From a virus: a stretch of DNA of 64,000 nucleotides. The notes under the pieces are model-generated. The model had not been told where the DNA came from. It was given only the letters and a program-made list of their open reading frames with translations, and searched no databases. The stretch is from IMG/VR virus record IMGVR_UViG_3300009030_000001, positions 1 through 64,000 of that record. One strand, 5' to 3'. Positions within the stretch are counted from its first letter, which is position 1. The number at the start of each line of letters is the position of its first letter. Made by a program: the position numbers and the translations under genes. This document shows positions 1-10,390 of the stretch, piece after piece.

Positions 1-471
1 ATTGCTGACGCCGACGCATACCTCGCGTCCGTTGGTCGTGACGGCGATGCGACGAATCCATGGACCGGGTTTAGCGAACCGGAGAAGGAAGAATTCATAC
101 TCAACGGGACCGTCTATCTCGACGACGAATACCGGTCCATCCTGGATGGCAGCAAGAGGACGAAGGAACAGGCGCTCCAATTCCCTCGCGTCAACGTGGC
201 GCTGGACGGCGGTTTCACATTGGACTCAGACGAGATTCCGGCCAAGCTCAAAAACGCGGACTTCGAATCAGCCCTTTTGTTCTCCCTGGGCATCGATCCG
301 CATGCCGACGTCACCGACTTCGGCAACCTGTCGAGGAAGAAGATCGTTATCGGGCCGTTGACCATCGACAAGGCGTGGTCGCCCCCAGCCTCTGCACAGG
401 CGGTACGGCAGCGGATCCAAAAGCTGATGGCCGATTTCGTGGTTGATCAGGACAAGGTGATCCGTGCATGA
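1..471 (+). CDS. Head-tail adaptor (DnaT-like/gp6-type), 5'-truncated
   Basis: Frame +1 is open from base 1: ADADAYL...W...E...YLD...G...EQALQFPR...DEIPAKLKNA, typical of siphophage adaptors. It precedes the neck genes. Confidence 0.7.
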   Translation: MADADAYLASVGRDGDATNPWTGFSEPEKEEFILNGTVYLDDEYRSILDGSKRTKEQALQFPRVNVALDGGFTLDSDEIPAKLKNADFESALLFSLGIDPHADVTDFGNLSRKKIVIGPLTIDKAWSPPASAQAVRQRIQKLMADFVVDQDKVIRA

Positions 472-857
472 CCACACCGAACGACATCGAAGCCCGGGAG
501 GAAGCCAAGATCGCGATCGACGAGAACGGCAAGACCTACACCGTCACCACGAAGGTGAACGTCAACGATCCGGCTACGGGAAAGGTGGTGCAGACTCCAA
601 CGCCGATTCCAGGCGTGAAAGGTACTCCGCCATCTCAAGTCAGCGAGTGGGAAGGCGAGACTCTGGTGGGAACCGGTTTCATCATGGTCATCTTCGCCGC
701 GCTGGATCTCGTGTTCGTACCGGTCAAGGGTGTCGATGTGCAGTTCGATCGCAACGGATTGACGCAACACTTCATCGTCGAGAAGGTGATCGACCACTAC
801 TCCGGCGACTTGATCGCCATTCACGAATGCCTGCTCGCGTTCCAGGGGGAAGAGTAG
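468..857 (+). CDS. Head-closure/stopper-like protein
   Basis: 129 aa, beta-rich, ATGA overlap with the adaptor; called from position in the neck module. Confidence 0.5.
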   Translation: MTTPNDIEAREEAKIAIDENGKTYTVTTKVNVNDPATGKVVQTPTPIPGVKGTPPSQVSEWEGETLVGTGFIMVIFAALDLVFVPVKGVDVQFDRNGLTQHFIVEKVIDHYSGDLIAIHECLLAFQGEE

Positions 858-1261
858 TGGCGTTCAAGAACCTGCCAAGATTTCAGCGAGAGTTGAAGAA
901 GGCGATGAAGAAGGTTCCGGAGGAACTTCTCGTCGTCGCTCACACCAAGGTCCATCTCGATCTGTTGGCGGACATCATCGAGAACAACGATGTGGACACG
1001 GGCCGATCACAGAACGGTTGGCAAAGCTCGATCGGTGCGCCGACTGAAACCGACCCGCCTGGTGGTGCGCCGATCAAGGACACGGAGATCGTGAAGTCGC
1101 AGGCGCTCGAACGCGCCGCCGCCGTGCTTTCGGGTCTCGGACCGTTTGACTCTTCCCACATCTTCAACAACGTCAACTACGTGAAGTACATCGAGGAGCG
1201 GACCAGCTTCATCGACTTGGCGCTTCAGCGCGCGGTTGCAAGAATCAACAGCCCGGTGTGA
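857..1261 (+). CDS. HK97 gp10-like tail-completion/neck protein
   Basis: GTG start overlaps the upstream TAG; motifs VDTGRSQNGW and NNVNYVKYIE. Confidence 0.7.
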   Translation: MAFKNLPRFQRELKKAMKKVPEELLVVAHTKVHLDLLADIIENNDVDTGRSQNGWQSSIGAPTETDPPGGAPIKDTEIVKSQALERAAAVLSGLGPFDSSHIFNNVNYVKYIEERTSFIDLALQRAVARINSPV

Positions 1262-1264
1262 ACC

Positions 1265-1669
1265 ATGGGATCCAAGACCAACAACCTGGAGAACAAGATC
1301 CTGGACTACATCCTCGCGAATGCCGCCGACTTCGCGCCGTCCACGATCTACCTCGCGCTGTTCACCACGGACCCATCGGAGACCGGCATCGCTGGCGCAG
1401 AGGTATCGACTGGCGCGTACGTTCGTGTCGCGATCACGATGGGTACTTTGGCTGCTGGTGGTTCGAAATCGAACACGGTCCAGGTCACGTTCCCCGTCGC
1501 GACTGCCAACTGGGGAACCATCACTCACTTCGCCATCGTCGATCTTGCGTCGGGTGGATTGGCAGAGGTCAACACCTACTACCAAGGCGCTCTGGCTGCT
1601 TCCAAGATCATCGACGAAGACGATCAATTCGTATTACCAATCGGAAACATCACCGTCACCGAAGACTGA
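1265..1669 (+). CDS. Virion structural protein (fibre-associated, 'YLALFTTDP...GAYVRV...FPVATANWGTITHF' family)
   Basis: Recognisable widespread phage structural motif set. Confidence 0.65.
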   Translation: MGSKTNNLENKILDYILANAADFAPSTIYLALFTTDPSETGIAGAEVSTGAYVRVAITMGTLAAGGSKSNTVQVTFPVATANWGTITHFAIVDLASGGLAEVNTYYQGALAASKIIDEDDQFVLPIGNITVTED

Positions 1670-1690
1670 AACTACACACAGGATAAAACC

Positions 1691-2149
1691 ATGGTTTGGT
1701 ACAACAGAGGAAAGTTTGTGATCTTGGATGCTTCTGCGGCGGGTGTCGGCGAAGCGCCGCTAGCCCTGTTGCTCGACATCGTCAAGGTCGCACTGATCGA
1801 AGCGGCGTACACGTTCGATAACGATCACGAGCAGTTCGACGAGGTTACCAACGAGGGCACCGCGACGAACTACGTCACCCGAGGTAACGCTCTCGGAACG
1901 AAGGCGACGACGCAGGACAATACCGGTGATCGCGCCGAGTTCGATGCAGCGGATACGGTGTTCTCTTCGCTCGGTAACGGCGGCAACATGACGTTCACTC
2001 AGATCGTCATTCTGCGAGAGCAGGACGCAGGCCCGACAGCCGCCAACTCCGAGCTGATGGCACACTCCGCCGTCGGGTCAACCACGTCGAACGGCGGTGA
2101 CGTCACCATGGTCTGGAACTCAGAAGGCATCCTTCAGATCACGGCGTAG
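1691..2149 (+). CDS. Virion structural protein
   Basis: Motifs VKVALI...EV...NY..G..L...AEFDAADTVF...NGGDVT.VWN..GI, typical of small tail/fibre proteins. Confidence 0.6.
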   Translation: MVWYNRGKFVILDASAAGVGEAPLALLLDIVKVALIEAAYTFDNDHEQFDEVTNEGTATNYVTRGNALGTKATTQDNTGDRAEFDAADTVFSSLGNGGNMTFTQIVILREQDAGPTAANSELMAHSAVGSTTSNGGDVTMVWNSEGILQITA

Positions 2150-2152
2150 TCG

Positions 2153-4070
2153 ATGGAAAGCGCGTCAGCAAAGCCGACCACGGTTCGGGTCTGGTTCGAC
2201 GAGGCGTCTCGTCTCTGGAAAGCCCAGAGGTGGGACGGCGTCGGCGGGATCTGTACCGCGAAGCGGATCCACTGCGGGTCGCCGAGCTTTGGGACCAAAG
2301 GTCGGGAGATGATGTTCGTGCACAGCCGGTTGAAGCTGCGCGGCATGAACGTCTTGGATGACGACAGCGCCACAGTCGACGTGATGGTGATCGACAACAA
2401 GCGTGGCGACAAGGAGGAGTACCGGGTCTGGTACGAGTCCGTGGCAGGGATGTGGATGCTCGCGCGTGTCGGTGCGCCGGGCGGAATCATCCGTGCATCG
2501 AGGATGCAATCCACCAACCGGATGGAGACCGACGGGCGGTTCCTTAGGTTCTTCCATGCTGAGATCAAGATCGGAACGGAGGACTGGCTACAGACGGGCG
2601 ACCGGGTAGTGGACGAGGTCCGCATCATGCCGCGGTCGCAGTATGTACCTGTTCCACTGATGAAACTGTCGAGTCGGGCGCTCAATCCTGGAAGGTGATC
2701 ATGGATGATTACACCACCAAACTTCGTGACGAACTGAACGATGCCGGCAGCCCACTTCACGATGCGTACGTGAACGCGGGATGGGAAGACCCTTTGCCGA
2801 CGATGGGTGGGGATCCGACCGTTATGAAGACCGTTCCCGGTACGACGATCGGGTTAGAGAGTGAGGCGGACGTTCTCGTTCACGCGAACCCGTTCACGCA
2901 AGCGGACAACGACGCTCGCTTCGCGCAGGGAGTCAAATACACAGCGATTGCCTCGATTCTGAATAACACCGTCGATGGTCAGGACCACTCGCAGCCTCTG
3001 CCGGGAGCACTGGTCTCCGCGAAACAGTTCACGGATGCCCTCGATCAAGGCGAGTGGAACGCTCTCACTCAGGCACAGCGCGACTATCTCGGGATGCTCC
3101 AGCGGGCCGGGTCAACGAATTGGATGGCCGAGTGCTTGACGATGTTCGAAGCTGCGAGCACGACGGACACGAAGGACGCTCTCGCCGCGCTGACGTGTAG
3201 CAGGGCGAAAGAGCAAGGGCTCCCCCGCACAAAGGCAGGGCACGTAAAGCACGCTCGGGGGGACACAATCTAATGGGACGGGTCTACTCATCCGCAGCAG
3301 GCGTTCCATTGACGGTAACGCTGGCGTCGATCCCAGACGGCGACGGTAGGAAGTCGGCCTACGTCGACAATTCCAGCGATCGTTTCGAGGAGGTACGGCT
3401 CACCGGCATCATTCGAAGTGGCAGCTCCGCACCTACGGTTGGCACGATCTACGAATTCCATCTGTTCACTGGAGACGGTGCAACGGTGGCGATGAACACG
3501 GACGACAATGCAGGGGGAGATACCGCGATCACTGTCCCGATAGAGAACGCGCCCCTGGTCATAACTGCGGTCGTCACTGCAACGACGGGTAAGGACTTCT
3601 CGTTCGAGGTGATCTTCGACATCACCGGAGTCGATGAGTGGTCAATTGCGTTCATCAACGAGACTGGTCAGACCACTGACAGCACAGAGGCGAATTCGTT
3701 CATGAACTACGTCGCGTCGAAGGCGGCTGCGTAAGTCGTGGCCATTCGCTGGAAAGCATGGTACGCCGACAACTCGGTCCGTTCTTCCGCGACGGATAGT
3801 ACAAGCGACCTACCGCGGGATGGGGTAGTGGTCATCATGCTCTGGACCGACGGCGGTCAGGTCATCTTGGAGGGCACCGATTACTACTTCGTTCTCGATG
3901 AGGTATGGGGCCAAGCCATGCCGAATGACTACCCACCCGGCACTCCCGAAGCGGTCGCCGCAGGTATCGAGGCACGCTACCCCGGTGCACGAGTGTTGCG
4001 GGGTCAGCAGGTTTCCGATAACCAAATGGTCATCACGCGGGAGGCGGCGTACGAAAGTGCGAGACCGTAG
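2153..4070 (+). other. Four co-oriented hypothetical genes in the structural operon (2153-2698, 2695-3273, 3273-3734, 3738-4070)
   Basis: Abutting or overlapping + strand ORFs. 2153-2698 has an internal duplication (RVWFDEASRLW / RVWYESVAGMW). Confidence 0.6.
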
Positions 4071-4072
4071 CC

Positions 4073-7000
4073 ATGGGTCAGAACTTCGTCCAAGAGGATT
4101 CGACCACCACCACCTGCGGTGCGGTGCAAGCGTGCGCGGCTAACTCGTTAGCCTCAGTCAATCAGGAACACCGAGCAACGGTTGCCGCGACTCCCGGTTC
4201 TACTGGCGATACAGGTCTAGGTGCGATCGACTCTGGAGTGACTGCGGGTGTGGTCATGTACGAGTGCGCGCCCAACCAAACGGACTGGGCTGCCGGTACC
4301 GCTGTTGTTCGAGTCAACGTCGGTGTGGGCAACATGCAATTGGATATCGTTGCCATCTACTTGTGTCAGAGAAGTAGTGCGTGCGGCGCAAAGGCAACAT
4401 ATGGGAGCCTGACGTCGATCGGGCAGAACATAGGCACAGCACAGGTCTACAGCTTCAACGTCACATGCAGCGCGATCACGGCGCTGACTTCGGATCTGCT
4501 CTACATCGTAGTCGAGTTCGCTGGGCAAGCAGGGATGAGTCAAACCTGCGGGATTACGCCTAGCGAGACCATTGACACACCGATCTCCACCGGGGGCCAA
4601 GACGTCTCGGTTGGAGCCATCGCGGCGGGCACCACGATCAACGAGCCACAGGTAGCCCAGACCGTCCCGGTGCCAGCAATCTCAGCGGCAACCACGATGG
4701 TTGCCCCCACGATTGCCCAGGGCCAGACCGTTGCCGTTCCAGCGATGGCGGCAGGAACGGCAATCGTCGAGCCGTCGCAGATCAATCAAACCGTGCCAGT
4801 CCCGGCTATGGCGGCGGTTGCAGCAATCCCTGCCCCGGTCCTGGATCGGACCATCCCGGTACCCGCGATCCCGGCTGGAAGCGCGATCATCGCGCCGACC
4901 GTCGCCCGCGTGGTGGACATCCCGGTTATGGCGGCGGGGACGGCAATCCTCGCCCCACCGATCAACCAGACTGTTCCGGTGCCAGCGATGTCCGCGGCGA
5001 CGGCAATCATCCAGCCGGTACTGGACCGCACCATTCCCGTCGAGGCGATCACGGCGGGCACCGCAATACCCGCTCCGACGATCGATGCCGGTGCGGGCAA
5101 CCAGAATGTTGCTGTTGCTGCGATCTCCGCTGGGACAGCGATCGTTACTCCCCAGGTAGACCAGACGGTTCCGATTCCATCGGTCGCGGCAGGGACGGCA
5201 ATCCTCGCGCCACAGGTTGACCAGACTGTGGACGTCTCGGCGATGGCTGCCGGGACTGCGATCCCTGCACCGACCCAAGTCGATCAGACTGTCCCGGCCC
5301 CGGCGATCGGCGCGGGTACTGCGATCGTCGCACCGACACAGATCGACCAGACGGTAATCGTCCCGGCGATCTCTGCGGCCACTGCGATCATCGCGCCGAC
5401 CATTTCGGTTCCAGGGACATCCAGTAGCGTTCGTGTTCGCGGCAAGTGGTCGAAGGTCAAGCCGCCGAACCCGGTGTTGCATACGGGGCACGGGCTCGCG
5501 AAGGGACTGATCTTGTTCTGCCCGTTGATGGAACGAACCATTAGCGCGGACGCGAAGCATCGGGATCTATCACTGTTTGGTCGCGACGGCACTCCTAACG
5601 GGTTAGCTAGTGGCTTCTTCGCTAGTCCCTATGGAAACGCCATAGACTTCCCCACAATCGACCCCATCATAGATTTCGGAGACGAGGGCTTCATACCGAA
5701 AGAGAACATTACGTTCATGTGGGTGGGTAAGGCTGATGGGACGGTCACCAACCGTGCGATATTCGGTCATGACGTCACTGGTGGAGGGGGTAACGATCAA
5801 CGAATTGATTTCTCGCTCGGGGCTGATGCTACCGAGGCAAGGTTCAAGATCAGGAACTCAGAACTTATTGCTACTGGGATTGTGTGGACCGATTGGTCAG
5901 TGTGGATATGCACGATTGGCTCACGGGGGATGGAGATTTGGAAGAATGGCATCAAGGTTGCGAGTAACGGCACCACTACCACGGTGCGGGTTCCTGGTGG
6001 TGCGACCTTTACCCTTGGTGAGAATGGCGGCTTCCGAGCACAGGAAGCAGACCATGTAGCTATTGCGGTTTGGGATCACCAGTTGCCGCTGGAATTGATC
6101 CAGCAACTCACACTCGACCCGTGGGAGGTCATCCGCCCCTCCAAGATCATCGACGTCGGTGGCGCGGCGGCGGGTGGTGATCAGAATGTAAGCGTCGGTG
6201 CCATCGCGGCGGGCACAGCGATCGTTGCTCCCCAGGTTGACCAGACGGTTGACGTTCCCGCGGTCGGCGCAGGCACCGCGATCGTCGAGCCACAGATCGA
6301 CCAGACGGTGCCGATCCCCGCCATCGCAGCAGGCACGGCAATTCCGAGCCAACAGGTAGCCCAGACCGTCCCGGTGCCAGCAATCTCAGCGGCAACCACG
6401 ATGGTTGCCCCCGCGATTGCCCAAGGCCAGACCGTGGCGGTGGATGCGATAGCGGCCGGGACGGCGATGCTCGCTCCGGTCGTGGATCAGACCGTGAACG
6501 TCGGCGCGGTACCTGCGGCAACCGCAAGTCCTGCGCCCACAATCGCACAGGGTCAGACTGTCGCCGTTGCAGCCATGTCGGTAGGCACGGCGATCCTAGC
6601 GCCGACGCTCGACCGCACAATTCCTGTCCCTGCCATGGCCGCTGCCACCGCTGCACTGGCTCCACAGGTCGATCAGACGGTGAACGTCGGCGCGATGTCA
6701 GCCACGGCGGTGATTCCGGCGCCCACGGTCGCCCAGGGTCAGACCGTCGCAGTCGGGCCCATGGCTGCGGGGACTGCGGTAGTTGCGCCGCAGATTGACC
6801 AGACCGTGCCCGTTGGGACGATACCGGCCGCGACAGCCTCCCCCGCGCCCGCTGTGGCCGCCGGTCAGGACGTAGCGGTTCCGGCAATGGCCGCAGGCGC
6901 AGCTGCACCAGCGCCCGCACAGGTAGCCCAGACCGTCCCGGTGCCAGCGATCCCGGCGGCGACCGCCATCCCGGCCCCCGTTCTCGACCGGACTATCCCG

Positions 7001-8383
7001 GTGCCAGCCATTGCCGCCGCCGCGGCATCCCCAGCGCCCGCCCAGGTCAGCCAGACCGTGGACGTCCCTGTGATGGCCGCAGTGACCGCAAGTCCCGCGC
7101 CTACAGTTATTACCGGCAAGACCATCGCGGTCGAGGCCATCGCCGCTGGCACCGCGATCCTGGCACCGGTGCTCGACCGGACCATCCCCGTCCCGGCGAT
7201 AGCTGCTGGCACGTCGAGTCCAGCGCCGACAGTCGGTCGGATTGTTGAGGTTCCGTCGATCGCCGCTGGCACCGCGTCGCCCGCGCCGGATCAGGTCCAG
7301 CAGACCGTACCAGTGCCTCCGATGGCCGCTGCGACCGTGTCTCCAGCCCCGTCGATCGTGGCGGATCAAAACGTGGCGGTGGCCGCAATAGCTGCGCGGG
7401 CGGTTGTCATCGCGCCCTCTGTCACGTTCGGACAGGTCATCAATGTGCCGGCGATGCCTGCCGCCACGGCGTTCCCGGCGCCCGTCGTGGAAGTCCTGGG
7501 GCCATTCGGCGACTGCTGGACCAAGGTAGCGTCGAAGTTCAACACCGACATCACGATCGGGGCGTCGGTCGAAACCCAGTTCGACAACATGGAGTTCCAG
7601 CCCAGCGGGTCGTTCGATCCGACCACGGACGAATGGGTGCGGTTCCAGATCCGGTTCACGAAGTGCGAGTTCATGCAGTCTGGCGGTCCCAAGGGTTCCC
7701 AGCAGGAGTACCGAATCTGGGGCGAGGCGATCTGCTCGATTCGAAGCCCGGTGGTCCTGGGTGAGGCTGACGGCCGCGTGATCGCTGATCTGTTCGTGAC
7801 CAAGTTCCGGCGCGTGGTCCAGGATGGCGTCTACTACCGGAATCCTGGGAGGCGAAACGATGCCCGCCGGGAGGGTGCGTGGTGGATTCAGGACTACATC
7901 TGCCTGTTCTACTGCGACTTCGACGAGGACCGCAACGCGCACACGCCAGCGACAGTGTCGCCGAAGCGTGAGGACGTCCCCAACATCTTGATCTCCAGAT
8001 ACATAGCGAAGGTCGCCACGCCGCTTTCGCTACCGACCCTGTACGACAACCAGTTGACCGGGATTCCGAACGAACCTTACGTCCTGCTTCTCGTCAACGA
8101 CGGTTCGTCGCTACAGTTGGACTCCCGGCCTGGACACAGAACCATCGGCATCATGACCGCCGAGGTGAACGTCCCGGTCGAAACTGGAACATTCCGACAA
8201 CTCCAGATCGCTGACGCGATTGCTACCGCTTTTCGGGCCGTATCCGAGAAGGGAGTTACCTGCACTGTTCCCTTCGTGCGGACTGTGAACACTGTGCCCG
8301 GTGCCGGTGTTGCCCCGTCTGCGAGGGACGGATCATGGTGGATGGCGAAGGTCGTCATCCCATTCTATTTCTCTGAACAATAG
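4073..8383 (+). CDS. Giant fibre-like protein: Pro/Ala repeats + LamG-like lectin domain + two tandem tail-terminator-like (DUF4128-type) domains
   Basis: Dozens of ~21-23 aa repeats (QTVPVPAIAAGTAIVAPQVD); central LamG-like region; C-terminal duplicated DN..P...(W/Y)V...G...I..P...G...IAD...F...WW...F motifs. Lies directly before the tail tube gene. Confidence 0.7.
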   Translation: MGQNFVQEDSTTTTCGAVQACAANSLASVNQEHRATVAATPGSTGDTGLGAIDSGVTAGVVMYECAPNQTDWAAGTAVVRVNVGVGNMQLDIVAIYLCQRSSACGAKATYGSLTSIGQNIGTAQVYSFNVTCSAITALTSDLLYIVVEFAGQAGMSQTCGITPSETIDTPISTGGQDVSVGAIAAGTTINEPQVAQTVPVPAISAATTMVAPTIAQGQTVAVPAMAAGTAIVEPSQINQTVPVPAMAAVAAIPAPVLDRTIPVPAIPAGSAIIAPTVARVVDIPVMAAGTAILAPPINQTVPVPAMSAATAIIQPVLDRTIPVEAITAGTAIPAPTIDAGAGNQNVAVAAISAGTAIVTPQVDQTVPIPSVAAGTAILAPQVDQTVDVSAMAAGTAIPAPTQVDQTVPAPAIGAGTAIVAPTQIDQTVIVPAISAATAIIAPTISVPGTSSSVRVRGKWSKVKPPNPVLHTGHGLAKGLILFCPLMERTISADAKHRDLSLFGRDGTPNGLASGFFASPYGNAIDFPTIDPIIDFGDEGFIPKENITFMWVGKADGTVTNRAIFGHDVTGGGGNDQRIDFSLGADATEARFKIRNSELIATGIVWTDWSVWICTIGSRGMEIWKNGIKVASNGTTTTVRVPGGATFTLGENGGFRAQEADHVAIAVWDHQLPLELIQQLTLDPWEVIRPSKIIDVGGAAAGGDQNVSVGAIAAGTAIVAPQVDQTVDVPAVGAGTAIVEPQIDQTVPIPAIAAGTAIPSQQVAQTVPVPAISAATTMVAPAIAQGQTVAVDAIAAGTAMLAPVVDQTVNVGAVPAATASPAPTIAQGQTVAVAAMSVGTAILAPTLDRTIPVPAMAAATAALAPQVDQTVNVGAMSATAVIPAPTVAQGQTVAVGPMAAGTAVVAPQIDQTVPVGTIPAATASPAPAVAAGQDVAVPAMAAGAAAPAPAQVAQTVPVPAIPAATAIPAPVLDRTIPVPAIAAAAASPAPAQVSQTVDVPVMAAVTASPAPTVITGKTIAVEAIAAGTAILAPVLDRTIPVPAIAAGTSSPAPTVGRIVEVPSIAAGTASPAPDQVQQTVPVPPMAAATVSPAPSIVADQNVAVAAIAARAVVIAPSVTFGQVINVPAMPAATAFPAPVVEVLGPFGDCWTKVASKFNTDITIGASVETQFDNMEFQPSGSFDPTTDEWVRFQIRFTKCEFMQSGGPKGSQQEYRIWGEAICSIRSPVVLGEADGRVIADLFVTKFRRVVQDGVYYRNPGRRNDARREGAWWIQDYICLFYCDFDEDRNAHTPATVSPKREDVPNILISRYIAKVATPLSLPTLYDNQLTGIPNEPYVLLLVNDGSSLQLDSRPGHRTIGIMTAEVNVPVETGTFRQLQIADAIATAFRAVSEKGVTCTVPFVRTVNTVPGAGVAPSARDGSWWMAKVVIPFYFSEQ

Positions 8384-8395
8384 GACCGTCCCTCA

Positions 8396-9538
8396 ATGAC
8401 CGCAGCAGCAACCAACCTCCTGGATCTTCGCTTCGTCGAAGAAGTCACCTTCAACGTCACCCCGTCTGGAGAGTACACCCCGATTCCGTTCATGTCGGAG
8501 TCGCTGGAGACGAACCAAACAGCAATCGCCTCACAGCAAGTGAAGAAGACCCGTCGGCGCACGTCGGTGTCGCGTGTCGACAACCAAACCTCCGGCGACA
8601 TCCAGACGGAGTTCCTGTACGGCGAGCACGACAAGCTATACGAGTACTTCTTGCAGTCGCCGACACCCGCCGCGCAGCCATCGGACGAGACGGGTGTCAC
8701 ATCTACCGCGCCGGATAAGTTCGAAGCGTCCGGGCTGGATGTCGCGGTTTCGATCGGGCAGTGGGTTCGGGCCGATGGCACCGAGGCTGGAATCTACAAG
8801 TGCATCGACAACTCCACTGCCGATGAAATCACCGTCGAGGGTCCGGTACTCGCTGGCGGCGGAAGCAACCTGACGCTGGAAATCTCGCGCGTGATGAAGG
8901 AGGGAGTCACGTTCAAGACGCTGTCGATCGAGAAGGCGTTCACCGATCTGTCATCAGAGTTCGCGCTGTTCTCCGGGCAGGCATTGCAAGGGCTCTCGCT
9001 GTCTGGTGCACGCGGCGACATCCTGTCGATGGGGTTCACGTTCCTCGGTGCCAACGAAGTCAGCGCCTCCGTCACAGCATCCAGTTCACTCGGAACGGAG
9101 TTGGGGAACGAGCCGATCACGTCGATCAACGCGCTGTCGTCGGTGCGAGACAACGGCATTCCGTACGCGGTGCAGTCCCTGGGATTCGATGCCCAGAACG
9201 CCCTTCGTCCGCAGGGGGATATGTTCCAGCTTCCACTGACCGGCATCGGCAACGGATCACTGACGGTCACCGGCCAGCACGTCGCCTTCTTCAAGACGAA
9301 AGCGATGATGGACAACTTCCTGAACTTCGTGACGCGGTCGCTCGCGTACGTGGTCGAGGATCCCGACGCCAATGTGTTCATCTTCGACTGGCCGCACGTC
9401 AAGTACACCGGGGGCAGGCGGGTCGGTGGCGGAATCGATACCGACATCTTCGCGGAGATGACATGGGAGGCGTTCGCGGACACCAAGTCGTCGGCGACGG
9501 ATCCGGACACACAGATGCGCATCGCCTGGATCGGATAG
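8396..9538 (+). CDS. Tail tube (major tail) protein
   Basis: 380 aa; motifs LRFVEEVTF, ESLE, SGDI.TE, TLSIEK.F.D, VTG..AFF. Precedes the chaperone and tape measure genes. Confidence 0.8.
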   Translation: MTAAATNLLDLRFVEEVTFNVTPSGEYTPIPFMSESLETNQTAIASQQVKKTRRRTSVSRVDNQTSGDIQTEFLYGEHDKLYEYFLQSPTPAAQPSDETGVTSTAPDKFEASGLDVAVSIGQWVRADGTEAGIYKCIDNSTADEITVEGPVLAGGGSNLTLEISRVMKEGVTFKTLSIEKAFTDLSSEFALFSGQALQGLSLSGARGDILSMGFTFLGANEVSASVTASSSLGTELGNEPITSINALSSVRDNGIPYAVQSLGFDAQNALRPQGDMFQLPLTGIGNGSLTVTGQHVAFFKTKAMMDNFLNFVTRSLAYVVEDPDANVFIFDWPHVKYTGGRRVGGGIDTDIFAEMTWEAFADTKSSATDPDTQMRIAWIG

Positions 9539-9549
9539 ACCTGAATTCC

Positions 9550-9589
9550 GCCGGGCATGGGTGGCGTCGTGCCAAGAGCCATGCCCGGC
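9550..9589 (+). promoter_or_regulatory. Stable hairpin after tail tube gene (mRNA stabiliser/attenuator)
   Basis: GCCGGGCATGG...CCATGCCCGGC 11-bp stem with no U-tract. Confidence 0.45.
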
Positions 9590-9617
9590 ATCACAACAAC
9601 ACGATAGGTACGACAGT

Positions 9618-10109
9618 ATGGTGGACCTTCTAGATTACTCGGTGGACGTTCCTGCGGTCACATCTGGGGCCTGGGCGCGATGGCGCGACGACGGGTGGGT
9701 CAAGATTGGATGTGCGACGAGCGACGAATGGCGCGACGCATCGTCCGACGCTTTGGCTCAACATCAGGAAGCGGTCAGACAAGATCTGGATCCAGACGAC
9801 CCGAGCAAGACCGCCGAGGATGAGGCTGAAGCGAAGTGGAACAAGATCCACATCCGCCTGTTCTGCCGAATCCTCATGAAGGAGTCCCGCAACATCACCG
9901 TGGCTGGGAAGCCGGTCGACTTGTCGGACGAAGACGCAGCCTACGCTGTGTTCATCCAACCAAAGCACCAGCCGTTTTGGGTGTTCTGTCAAACGCTGGC
10001 GCACAACACCGAACGGTTCACCGAGAAGAACGTCGCCGACATGGCAAAAAACTTCGACGCCGCCTGCTCTGGGACTTCAAGTTCGGAAGCTACGCCTCAA
10101 CCCTCCTAG
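9618..10109 (+). CDS. Tail assembly chaperone (gpG-like)
   Basis: Lies between tail tube and tape measure; slippery heptamer near the 3' end. Confidence 0.75.
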   Translation: MVDLLDYSVDVPAVTSGAWARWRDDGWVKIGCATSDEWRDASSDALAQHQEAVRQDLDPDDPSKTAEDEAEAKWNKIHIRLFCRILMKESRNITVAGKPVDLSDEDAAYAVFIQPKHQPFWVFCQTLAHNTERFTEKNVADMAKNFDAACSGTSSSEATPQPS

Positions 10110-10390
10110 CGCAGAAAGAGATCGATGGAAAACCGAATCCGATCGACGATCGATACGCCATCCGGGATTGGGAGCGCCCGGTGTGGGAGGCGTTTCTTCG
10201 GCTGTCGGCAGGCCGTAGATTGGCTCACGACGGTAGTCCACTTCGGATCACGTTCGTGGAGATCCGCGGACACTTCGATCTCTACGCCGTGCGTAGCAAC
10301 AGAGCAAGGCGGCTATTCGCCACGATCATCGACAGTCTCGACACCGCATTCATGCAACACGCTCGCAAGGAGATGAAGCCCAATGGCTGA
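10046..10390 (+). CDS. -1 frameshift extension of tail assembly chaperone (gpGT-like)
   Basis: A AAA AAC at 10046-10052 in the correct register. The -1 frame encodes VWEAFLRLSAGR...ITFVEI...IIDSLDTAF and overlaps the tape measure start. Confidence 0.8.
   Translation, partial: KKLRRRLLWDFKFGSYASTLLAQKEIDGKPNPIDDRYAIRDWERPVWEAFLRLSAGRRLAHDGSPLRITFVEIRGHFDLYAVRSNRARRLFATIIDSLDTAFMQHARKEMKPNG

Noticed and set aside
4600-7500. DGR template/variable repeats or a guide array in the fibre gene
   Set aside because: The repeats are in-frame protein repeats with synonymous variation; there is no reverse transcriptase and no A-specific mismatch pattern.
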